From an uncultured virus (IMG/VR IMGVR_UViG_3300031760_000031) (taxonomy: Duplodnaviria > Heunggongvirae > Uroviricota > Caudoviricetes): DNA of 64,000 nt. The notes below the pieces were generated by a model, which worked only from the letters and a program-made list of their open reading frames with translations, ran no database searches and was not told the origin of the DNA. Numbering within the stretch: the first letter of the stretch is position 1; each line of letters opens with the position of its first letter. Both the position numbers and the translations under genes were made by a program. The DNA is taken from the IMG/VR virus record IMGVR_UViG_3300031760_000031; one strand, given 5' to 3'. Shown here one piece after another: positions 28,765-36,693 of the stretch.

Positions 28765-28793
28765 TTCGCACGAAGGTTACGATGTGGTATGAT
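28765..28793 (+). promoter_or_regulatory. putative integrase promoter (extended -10)
   Basis: TTCGCA-N17-TATGAT with TG extension; overlaps divergent cassette motif 28749-28774. Confidence 0.5.
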
Positions 28794-28835
28794 GTAATCG
28801 GTTCGTACAGATAAGCTTATAAAGGAGGAATAAGC

Positions 28836-29909
28836 ATGAGAACCAAACGCCATATGAAACTGCCAAATGGATTCGGACAAATATCCAAATTAAAGGCACC
28901 TTTACGAAAGCCATTCAGAGCTATGATAACGATCGGAACGGACGCATCCGGTAGACCAATCTGTAAGATCCTCAAACCACAAGGATACTTCGAGACGTAT
29001 AACGAAGCGTATATTGCATTAGTGGAATATCATCAAGATCCATATAAAGCTTTTCAGGAAATTTCCCTCGGCGAAATTTTTCAGAAATGGTTTGACGATA
29101 CTTCAGACGATCGGAACGACCACACAAATCGTTATTACGAGACAGCATGGAAACATATCTCAAAATATCAACACATAAGATTCAAAGACATAAAGATCCC
29201 GCTGATTAAACAGATGGTTTCTGATAAAGAATTGAATGCATCTGCACCAGCTCAGATCAAGAATCTTCTGAACCAGCTTTACGACTATGCGGTTGAGCAT
29301 GAGATCGTATCTCAGAACCTCTCTAGAATGACAAAAATAAAAGGAGCTGTCAGCCGTACGATCAAGAATCATCATATGACATTCACGGATGATGAGATCT
29401 CTAAACTCTGGAAGAATATCAGCGATTACTACGTTAGAGCCATTCTAATACAGTGCTACAGCGGATTTCGTCCAGGTGAGCTCTGCGACCTTAAGTTGGA
29501 AAATATCCACTTAGAAGAGAACTATATGATCGGAGGATTTAAAACTGAAGCAGGAACTAATAGAATCGTTCCGATCCATCCGGCAATTAAGAATCTCCTG
29601 ATTAAGCAGATCGAGATCGCAAAAACAAAAGGGAGTGAATATCTTATGCTGAATAAGAAAGACGGAAAACTCACACCGGCGATCTACCGAACTATGTTCA
29701 TCGATATAGTTAAGCAGCTGGATCTTAATCCGGAGCATAAGTGCCACGATCCTCGTAAGTACTTTGTCAGTCAAGCTAAGAAATATCAACTGGACGAATA
29801 TGCAATTAAGCGTATAGTTGGGCATACGATCACCGATCTGACTGAATCAGTCTATACTGAACGCGGTATCGACTGGTTATACTCGGAGATATGCAAGATA
29901 CCCGGATAG
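28836..29909 (+). CDS. int: tyrosine integrase
   Basis: catalytic R (GFRPGE), K (GFKT), HDPR, VGH, Y (VYT); N-terminal arm-binding-like KLPNGFGQI. Confidence 0.95.
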   Translation: MRTKRHMKLPNGFGQISKLKAPLRKPFRAMITIGTDASGRPICKILKPQGYFETYNEAYIALVEYHQDPYKAFQEISLGEIFQKWFDDTSDDRNDHTNRYYETAWKHISKYQHIRFKDIKIPLIKQMVSDKELNASAPAQIKNLLNQLYDYAVEHEIVSQNLSRMTKIKGAVSRTIKNHHMTFTDDEISKLWKNISDYYVRAILIQCYSGFRPGELCDLKLENIHLEENYMIGGFKTEAGTNRIVPIHPAIKNLLIKQIEIAKTKGSEYLMLNKKDGKLTPAIYRTMFIDIVKQLDLNPEHKCHDPRKYFVSQAKKYQLDEYAIKRIVGHTITDLTESVYTERGIDWLYSEICKIPG

Positions 29910-30130
29910 TTCATACATCATTTCTACACAATTCATACAAGTGTAGAAACAATGTAGGAACAAACACAATCCAATTAAGTTAAATTAAGGCTAAATACGT
30001 ATAAATATCAGAATTTCACAGCTAACCAAGTCGTATTAAGTCCAAGAAAGATAATATTATATAATAATCGGATGCCTTATTTTACTTAATTATTTGAATG
30101 CTACTGTATAAACAATGTAGGAATAAATTG
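29910..30130. other. candidate intact attP region
   Basis: non-coding AT-rich gap after int; 14-bp direct repeat aaacaatgtaggaa at 29947 and 30110; inverted tttctacac/gtgtagaaa; ttcataca twice. Confidence 0.55.
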
Positions 30131-30182
30131 AGAATATCTGTACGAACCTCTTCCTTATTATATATAGTAGCTATTTTGCAAA

Positions 30183-30210
30183 AATAAAAGGACCTGTTAA
30201 GATCCTTTTT
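30183..30210 (-). terminator. intrinsic terminator ending the late module
   Basis: aaaagga..tcctttt hairpin with U-tract. Confidence 0.6.
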
Positions 30211-30235
30211 AGCCATGCCATTTTGATTATTTCTT

Positions 30236-31120
30236 TTAACTTGCTGACACCGGCGTTCCATCCGCGTACTGAGTTTCATAAATAGATCCTTCTATAGGAA
30301 GAATTTGGTTGTTCTCATATCCAAGAATTGTCGACCAGTTTGTTGCCGATTGGTATGAAGAAATTAAAGCTTGCGGAACATATAAAGTGCCTCCTGTACT
30401 GCCAGATTTAAATGGTGTTGCATTAAGCACATTTGCGTTTGAAATAGAACAAATAGCGTTGCGACGAAGGATAATTGTCCTCAGCGAACCACATAAGGAA
30501 AAAATGTTACCGCCATTAAACCCTAAAAATTCAGCACCGAAATCGAGAGTTTCAAGAGCAGAACAATTAGCAAAAAACGATGCCCCTACATATGTCTGTA
30601 TTTTTGGAAAAATTAAAACCCTTAATTTGGCATCTGATGAAAATGTATTTTGGCTATATGTACTAGCAACAAATGTTGTGTTTTGAAGATTTGGCAAATT
30701 AATAGTTTCTAAATTTGTCATATTCGAGAATGCATAAATATCAATCTTTGTTACATTTGGCAAAGAAAGAGATGTTATTTCTTTCTTTCCAGCAAATCCA
30801 TACTTGCCTACTTCTGTAATTCTTGGATTAGTATAGGCACCTCTCAATGTTCCGCTTAACAAAGCATCCTCAATTTCATGAGAATCACCGCCACTCACAT
30901 TCACGTTTACAGGACTATATGCTTTCCCACTTTCTTGATATGTGCCGTTTTGTGTGACGGTTAATGATTCAACTGATGGGCCTGTCTGGATCGTGTCAAT
31001 TAAGGCAGAATATCCATCCAGTTTCGTACTAGACGGTACGGTTACACCTTTTCCTTCGATTGAAGTTTTGATAGAAGCTTTCGCATTTCTTAATCTTTGT
31101 ATCTGATTAGCAATACTCAT
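30236..31120 (-). CDS. BspA-type leucine-rich repeat (LRR_5) tail-associated protein
   Basis: repeats ITSLSLPNVTKIDIYAF / LETINLPN; C-terminal GGTLYVP..I.SYQSATNW. Confidence 0.8.
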   Translation of the reverse strand: MSIANQIQRLRNAKASIKTSIEGKGVTVPSSTKLDGYSALIDTIQTGPSVESLTVTQNGTYQESGKAYSPVNVNVSGGDSHEIEDALLSGTLRGAYTNPRITEVGKYGFAGKKEITSLSLPNVTKIDIYAFSNMTNLETINLPNLQNTTFVASTYSQNTFSSDAKLRVLIFPKIQTYVGASFFANCSALETLDFGAEFLGFNGGNIFSLCGSLRTIILRRNAICSISNANVLNATPFKSGSTGGTLYVPQALISSYQSATNWSTILGYENNQILPIEGSIYETQYADGTPVSAS

Positions 31121-31129
31121 ACTCGCTCC

Positions 31130-31342
31130 TTAAATATCAGCTAAAAGTGATTCAACATTTCCAATAAGATCATACACGCATTTTGCACTTGGATACTGTG
31201 CATTAGTTGAAGAAGACGATAAACTGGTTACCAGATTTGAAATATCTTGTTTTTCGTCAGCCAAAGCAATACCGTCTTCCATGTGATTTAATTTTGCATC
31301 GGTGATTACTTCACCATTAGTCCATGTTTGTTTTGAATACAT
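31130..31342 (-). CDS. tail/baseplate anchor-motif protein (paralogue 1)
   Basis: MYSKQTW.NGEVIT..KLNHMEDGI plus YPSAKCVYD. Confidence 0.7.
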   Translation of the reverse strand: MYSKQTWTNGEVITDAKLNHMEDGIALADEKQDISNLVTSLSSSSTNAQYPSAKCVYDLIGNVESLLADI

Positions 31343-31399
31343 TTATTGGTCGGGCTCCTTTCTTAATTAGCTAGCATTATCACCGGCACACCATAAAAG

Positions 31400-31428
31400 A
31401 AAGCTCCCCTATTAGGAAGAGGAGCTTT
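31400..31428 (-). terminator. intrinsic terminator
   Basis: aaagctcc...ggagcttt hairpin with U-tract. Confidence 0.65.
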
Positions 31429-31438
31429 AGAAATTGTT

Positions 31439-32158
31439 TTAATTATGCGGGCTCGAACCAGAAGTGCTTGGATATCCTTCACTGTTTGTGTAACTGAATT
31501 GTAAAATATTTAATTCAGTGGTGGAATCATTAGCAACATAAAATAATTTTAATAACCAGCCACCATTAGATGAAATACTGTCTAAATAGTACTCTTTTGT
31601 TGAATAACTGCCACTAAGTAAAAACTTAACGTTATCACCATTTAATACAGCAGATTTAATTTCGGAATATGTTTTGTCTAAAGAATAGCTATTAGAATGT
31701 TCAATAACGTTTATTAATATATTTTTTGGAAAACTGTTTTTAATAACATCGTTTAGCTCAAAACTGTTTCTAACTATTTTTAATGCATAAGTTCCTGCTT
31801 CGGATGTGAAAATACCGCCTTCATAAACAAATACAGGATAATTCGTAAATGATGGAGCGTTATCTGCAAGTTCACCCCAATGGCCGCCCGGGCCTTCTAT
31901 ATATCCGTAAGGCAAAGTATAATCTTGACCGTTAAAAGTTACATGAATATCCGTTTTTGGAAGTTTGCCTTGCAAAGTAATTTCTCCACCCGCACACGGC
32001 ATATCGTCTAAAACAGTCGTTACTTCCCCATCGAATAAAGGAACTTCTCCGTAAGTATAGATTCCACCACCAGTAGAGATGCCCTCTTCCATATGGTTGA
32101 GTTTATCTTCGGTAATAATGTCACCGTTTTTCCATGTTTGTTTTTCGTACATAGACAT
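31439..32158 (-). CDS. putative receptor-binding protein (paralogue 2)
   Basis: MYEKQTWKNGDIITEDKLNHMEEGI after GGAGG; highly similar to 32525-33223. Confidence 0.7.
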   Translation of the reverse strand: MSMYEKQTWKNGDIITEDKLNHMEEGISTGGGIYTYGEVPLFDGEVTTVLDDMPCAGGEITLQGKLPKTDIHVTFNGQDYTLPYGYIEGPGGHWGELADNAPSFTNYPVFVYEGGIFTSEAGTYALKIVRNSFELNDVIKNSFPKNILINVIEHSNSYSLDKTYSEIKSAVLNGDNVKFLLSGSYSTKEYYLDSISSNGGWLLKLFYVANDSTTELNILQFSYTNSEGYPSTSGSSPHN

Positions 32159-32248
32159 ATTTCCTCCAACTTCTTCGTCTTCGCCTGTGTAGATTTCAAT
32201 GGTATGTTCGTTGCCATCAGCAACAACAATAGACGTGGTTACACTCAT

Positions 32249-32512
32249 TTATTCAGCCACTCCTCCCTTACTGGATACGATTACAAACGGATATGTGCTG
32301 AAATCAAAAGGATTCATTTCAGCTCCGTAATAAAAAAATTCATGACCTGTCGCAGTTCTTTGGCGAACTGGAAGATTCTCATATTTTACACCATCGTAAA
32401 CGACCGTAATGGATTCTGCGTTTATAAGCAAATTGTCGATAGCAAATGCATAAACACTACCAGTCGCACTCCCCGTAAACGTAGTCTGTTGTAATAATAC
32501 TGTTTTTGCCAT
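32249..32512 (-). CDS. hypothetical tail-associated protein or fragment
   Basis: AAGGAG SD; resembles the middle domain of neighbouring paralogues. Confidence 0.6.
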   Translation of the reverse strand: MAKTVLLQQTTFTGSATGSVYAFAIDNLLINAESITVVYDGVKYENLPVRQRTATGHEFFYYGAEMNPFDFSTYPFVIVSSKGGVAE

Positions 32513-32524
32513 TTATAGACTCCT

Positions 32525-33223
32525 TTAACTATTTTGAATGATTGGATAACTATTTATAGAAGGCGCACCATAATAGAATGTACCTACTTTATTGCTTCCG
32601 GAGTTATAGCCAGCAGATACAAGCCCAAGGTCGTCATCATTCGCATTCACAGACATAACCACTTCTGTTAATTCGTCGGAGGACTTGATTATTACCAACC
32701 CAGTATCATTCGCATCTTTTATTTCTTTGAACGTTTTGTTCAACATGTGAGTGTTTGGGTCAAGTGTTGCAATTAATATGTTTCCTAACGCTGATTTAAA
32801 ACCATCGTTTACTGTAAACTTTCCTACTCTCTCATTTATTTTCAAAGTATAAGTTCCTGCTTCGGGTGTGTAAATAAAACCATCTGCAACAACAAGTACA
32901 GGATAATTCGTAAATGATGGACCGTTATCTCCAAACTCACCCCAATAGTCGCCCAGACCTTCATGGATTCCATGTGGTAATGTATAATTCTGACCATTAA
33001 AGGTTACAGAAATATCATGTTTTGGAAGTTCTCCTTCAAAAGCAATTTCTGCATATGCAACCGGTGCGTCTTCCGACTGTTTAGCAGTAGTCACACTCCC
33101 ATCAAATAAAGAAAATTCTCCGTAAGTATAAATTCCCCCGCCAGTAGCAACACCATCTTCTAAATGGTTTAACTTATCTTCTGTAATTACTTCTCCATTA
33201 ACCCAATTGTGTTTTTCGTACAT
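32525..33223 (-). CDS. putative receptor-binding protein (paralogue 3)
   Basis: MYEKHNWVNGEVITEDKLNHLEDGV. Confidence 0.7.
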   Translation of the reverse strand: MYEKHNWVNGEVITEDKLNHLEDGVATGGGIYTYGEFSLFDGSVTTAKQSEDAPVAYAEIAFEGELPKHDISVTFNGQNYTLPHGIHEGLGDYWGEFGDNGPSFTNYPVLVVADGFIYTPEAGTYTLKINERVGKFTVNDGFKSALGNILIATLDPNTHMLNKTFKEIKDANDTGLVIIKSSDELTEVVMSVNANDDDLGLVSAGYNSGSNKVGTFYYGAPSINSYPIIQNS

Positions 33224-33251
33224 AGTTTAGGACTCCTTTGTAAAAATAATT

Positions 33252-33779
33252 TTATCTATCTAATATCTGACTAATATCTGAAGGATCTGCGCCAGTGTTT
33301 TCGTTTTCATCTTGGCCTACAGTATCTTGACCGACAACTGCAGTTCCTACTAATGCGGAATTCGTTTCTTCTCCACCTTCTTCATCTTCGGCTTCCGCCT
33401 GTTTAGTAAGATCAGCATAAGTCTGGCCAGAGAATACTTCGTCAATATTAAAGAAATGTTTTACATACTGTCCGTGCTTGTACTCTTTAGTAGTTAAAGC
33501 ACTGGTAGTAAGATCTAATGACGAAAGGCTAAGTCCACCGTCATTGTCAACCTCAAAGATTCTAGTATTACCAAAATATAAAGACAGTAATTCATAATCT
33601 GTTACCGGTTTTGTAAATTCGGCATCTTTAAATAAGAATACTTTTCCGTCTTCTTCTTTTGGGAACACAGTGATGCCGATAACATCTACATCAATTGAAT
33701 GCTGATAAATCATGCATCCGTCAACAAGTTTTGTTGGAACACTCGTTGATTCAGTAATCATTTGAGAAACAGTTTTCAT
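33252..33779 (-). CDS. hypothetical protein with acidic C-terminus
   Basis: 175 aa, AAGGAG SD. Confidence 0.7.
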   Translation of the reverse strand: MKTVSQMITESTSVPTKLVDGCMIYQHSIDVDVIGITVFPKEEDGKVFLFKDAEFTKPVTDYELLSLYFGNTRIFEVDNDGGLSLSSLDLTTSALTTKEYKHGQYVKHFFNIDEVFSGQTYADLTKQAEAEDEEGGEETNSALVGTAVVGQDTVGQDENENTGADPSDISQILDR

Positions 33780-33821
33780 TATTCTTCTCCTTAAATTAGG
33801 TCGTTTGACATTAAAAATCTC

Positions 33822-33993
33822 CTTTGTGGTGTGTCGGTAAGTTAAGCCAAATAGTCATATAGAAAGGAGATTCTACAAGTGTACCAAACGCCAAGAAAGA
33901 AACACTCGTAACATGGGAGGAACCAAAAAGATTAGCCCTTAAGCTTACCCGCAAAAGAAAGGAATATATCAACCTACCGGCACACCATAAAAG
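33822..33993. ncRNA. candidate structured RNA or inverted-repeat element
   Basis: 17-bp imperfect terminal stem tttgtggtgtgtcggta / taccggcacaccataaa; inner stem ggtaagttaag/cttaagcttacc. Confidence 0.45.
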
Positions 33994-33995
33994 AA

Positions 33996-34020
33996 AAGAC
34001 TCTCTAATGTTGAGAGTCTT
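33996..34020 (-). terminator. intrinsic terminator
   Basis: aagactctc/gagagtctt hairpin with U-tract. Confidence 0.65.
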
Positions 34021-34073
34021 ATTGATTTAATAGCCTATTTAGTTTTACTGATGTAAGAATAATTTTATCTAGC

Positions 34074-34580
34074 CTAATTCGCAATAGGAACCACTACATT
34101 CACAAAAGATTCTATTACATTTGGAATATGATCCATAAAAAGAACATATATCTGGCCAAGATCATATAATTTTGCATTAGTAATCTCTTCATTCAGAAAA
34201 AAACCCATACGATCTTTATTTTCAACAGGACCTATTTCCATAGTATTAGACGACTGAAAAATTAGAGCCCAAGTTCCTGGAATCGGCATCTCAATTTCTT
34301 CGTCAATGGTAGTATCAATGTTTTCACCATCTAATAGCACAATCTTTGGCATTTTAAAAAGATCATTTGGATCTTCATGTTTTATCAAAAAAATTGACAC
34401 TACATTCCCGTCAGCCCCGTTTAAAGAAGCATAGAACTTATAATAATTTGCTCCACCATGCTGACCAATGACCTCTGGTGTGTAAAGTGGAATACTAGCA
34501 CCAGCAATTCCATCTTCCATGTGGTTGAGCTTATCTTCGGTAATTACATCACCGTTTTTCCATGTTTGTTTGGAATACAT
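34074..34580 (-). CDS. putative receptor-binding protein (paralogue 4)
   Basis: MYSKQTWKNGDVITEDKLNHMEDGI with an unrelated C-terminus. Confidence 0.7.
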   Translation of the reverse strand: MYSKQTWKNGDVITEDKLNHMEDGIAGASIPLYTPEVIGQHGGANYYKFYASLNGADGNVVSIFLIKHEDPNDLFKMPKIVLLDGENIDTTIDEEIEMPIPGTWALIFQSSNTMEIGPVENKDRMGFFLNEEITNAKLYDLGQIYVLFMDHIPNVIESFVNVVVPIAN

Positions 34581-34600
34581 TTATAGGATTCCTTTCTTAA

Positions 34601-34981
34601 TTAGTTATGGCCGCCGCCACCGCCACTGTTTTCATTACGTGAAGGATAACCGTTTTCGGAATCGACCCAAAAACTGGTAACAACCATATTATTAAAGTCA
34701 AAAAAGTCTACTTCAAAATCATTAGTTTGACCGCTGTAAAAAGCCAGCGGGTTTATATATGTTGCGGGGCCATTAAGATTTTTTAATACAACATTTTGTC
34801 CTGCGTTAAACGCATCAACAATCTCTTTATAAGTTTTGTCTAAAGTTGTGGTTTGTGTGCTTTCATCATAAGTACCACCTACAACGAACATCCCACTCGA
34901 AGCGATACCATCCTCCATATGATTGAGCTTCTCTTCTGTGATTACATCACCTGTGTGCCAAGTCTGTTTTTCGTATGCCAT
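34601..34981 (-). CDS. putative receptor-binding protein (paralogue 5)
   Basis: MAYEKQTWHTGDVITEEKLNHMEDGI; LDKTYKEI shared with paralogues 2 and 3. Confidence 0.7.
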   Translation of the reverse strand: MAYEKQTWHTGDVITEEKLNHMEDGIASSGMFVVGGTYDESTQTTTLDKTYKEIVDAFNAGQNVVLKNLNGPATYINPLAFYSGQTNDFEVDFFDFNNMVVTSFWVDSENGYPSRNENSGGGGGHN

Positions 34982-35005
34982 AAATTAAAACTCCTTTATT
35001 TTAAC

Positions 35006-35332
35006 TCAAAGTAGTCCTTTCTTCTGAAGCTCGTTTACTTCGTGTTTAATATAACTGTTCTGCTTCTTTTCAATATACAAGTCATATTCTTCGAAGAAAC
35101 GTTTCTTGCTCACTTCATCCAAAGGTTCGTTTGATCGCTTGATCTCAGAAAGCTCCTGAACAAGGAAGTTCTTAATTCCTTGCATCTCAACTTCGTCGAT
35201 ACGTTTGTTTAAAGGCTCTAAAGCTTTCTTTACTGCTCTTGTTACAGCGTAGTAAATAGTGGCTAAAGAGCCTACCAAGGCAATGATGAATTTTGCAGCA
35301 TCACTAATATTGCCTAATGTAATATTTTCCAT
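35006..35332 (-). CDS. holin-like/lysis accessory membrane protein
   Basis: single N-terminal TM, C-terminal NSYI motif, adjacent to lysin. Confidence 0.55.
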   Translation of the reverse strand: MENITLGNISDAAKFIIALVGSLATIYYAVTRAVKKALEPLNKRIDEVEMQGIKNFLVQELSEIKRSNEPLDEVSKKRFFEEYDLYIEKKQNSYIKHEVNELQKKGLL

Positions 35333-35349
35333 AGGTGTTTTTACCTTCC

Positions 35350-36270
35350 TTATAATAATTTATTGGCAATATCAGCAATAGCTTTTATGCCCTCTTTATA
35401 TCGATCACGTTCATCTGTAAGATTATTAACAGCATCGATGATCGTCTGCATAGCTTTAGCAATATCACTGTCTGTTTTCTTTGCTAAGAACTCTGTCGTA
35501 GGATTACCGCACCATCTGTTCTGTGAAATCTGGTACCAGCAATCAAGATCGTCATTCCTATTTTCCTTATACCATTTCTTATCTTCATAAGACGCATTCT
35601 CAATAGAAATAACACTGTAATATCCGGTTTCAACATAGCCAACAATCGGACTATTTAGCGAAGGGCCTGTACGGATCCTAAGCGTCGTATCAGTCGTCCT
35701 TATCTGGTCAACAAACTCATTACGCTCTACCGATGGAATTGTATTAGGCATCGAGAGAATATATGCAGGTTGTGCACCTACTTTCTTATTCATCTTGTCT
35801 AAAGGCCATTCATGGTAGAATCTGGACGGATAGTTTTTAGACATGAAGTCAGAAACTTCTTGCATCGAACTAAACCTATTCCTAGTATCATATGATCCAT
35901 CCGATAAAGTTGACACACCGTTTTCGCCAGTATAAAAAGAACCCCTAATCCAAGGGATCCCCTTCTCTATTTTGAAAACTCGACCAACGTGCGGAACAGC
36001 TGTCCACTCGATAATATCTCCAACTTTAATTTTTGCCGGATCGAACGGAATTGCTGCCCAATCGTTAGTCAAATACTCATGCCAACGAGCAGCTCCGACG
36101 ACTTTTGATACCGGTCTAGGAGATCCGGTTACTCCACAATCGCCAATAACGAATGTTGTACAGTCCGGAAGACAGTCTTCAATTGTCGCTACCGGATTGA
36201 ATTTAGGATCCCAAAAGTAATAATGGTATTGGCCACCATATTTGATCTTATCTATAGTGAGATCTACCAT
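35350..36270 (-). CDS. endolysin (CHAP-like peptidase + SH3b)
   Basis: LPDCTTF Cys, KVGDII.W..PHVG His, LRIRTGPSLNS SH3b-like; next to holin. Confidence 0.75.
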   Translation of the reverse strand: MVDLTIDKIKYGGQYHYYFWDPKFNPVATIEDCLPDCTTFVIGDCGVTGSPRPVSKVVGAARWHEYLTNDWAAIPFDPAKIKVGDIIEWTAVPHVGRVFKIEKGIPWIRGSFYTGENGVSTLSDGSYDTRNRFSSMQEVSDFMSKNYPSRFYHEWPLDKMNKKVGAQPAYILSMPNTIPSVERNEFVDQIRTTDTTLRIRTGPSLNSPIVGYVETGYYSVISIENASYEDKKWYKENRNDDLDCWYQISQNRWCGNPTTEFLAKKTDSDIAKAMQTIIDAVNNLTDERDRYKEGIKAIADIANKLL

Positions 36271-36273
36271 AAA

Positions 36274-36693
36274 CTATGCGATCCCTTCTTCGTTGATGAT
36301 TTCGTTTTTTACTTCTGGGATTTTATTTGCGTTTTGAACTATTTTATCGAGGTCAACCTGACGTTTAATGCCTGCATATTCGTAGACATTCTGGATCAGT
36401 TTTGCTGCCCAGACCAGGTATACTCCTCTTTTTGTGATATCGACAGCCTGCGCTAATGTGTAAGTTGTTTCACCAATGGTTATTTCAAAATCGCCACCAA
36501 ATATCTGCGAGGCTGCAATAAGGCAAAGGATAGAAACCAGCCAAAGAGCATAACTACATATGCCATCGATAAGCTCTTGCCTGTTGTAAGAGCCGTCTTT
36601 ACGAGCTTTCATAACTCCTGAAGCCGTATTGCCGGCCATAAGAAGTGTTACGGCAATGCCGAAGTAGATAAACGACATAATGTCAAATTTCAT
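36274..36693 (-). CDS. holin
   Basis: multiple TM segments, directly upstream of lysin; start MKFD after GAAAGGAG. Confidence 0.7.
   Translation of the reverse strand: MKFDIMSFIYFGIAVTLLMAGNTASGVMKARKDGSYNRQELIDGICSYALWLVSILCLIAASQIFGGDFEITIGETTYTLAQAVDITKRGVYLVWAAKLIQNVYEYAGIKRQVDLDKIVQNANKIPEVKNEIINEEGIA

Larger units (their letters stand above)
13590..28774 (-). repeat. array of about 30 small cassettes separated by conserved terminator/motif/SD junctions
   Basis: about 31 copies of C-N6-TNTWAT followed by SD; 10 copies of the GAGTCTGAATA(A)G(G/A)CTC hairpin family; identical 28-mer gaaaaataaaagagccttattcagactc at 21084, 26834, 27141, 27408. Confidence 0.9.

Noticed and set aside
13590..29909. 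Canonical integron (IntI/attC)
   Set aside because: No RYYYAAC...GTTRRRY boxes, stems are only 5-6 bp, and the integrase shows no obvious IntI-specific insertion and looks like a phage integrase with an attP.
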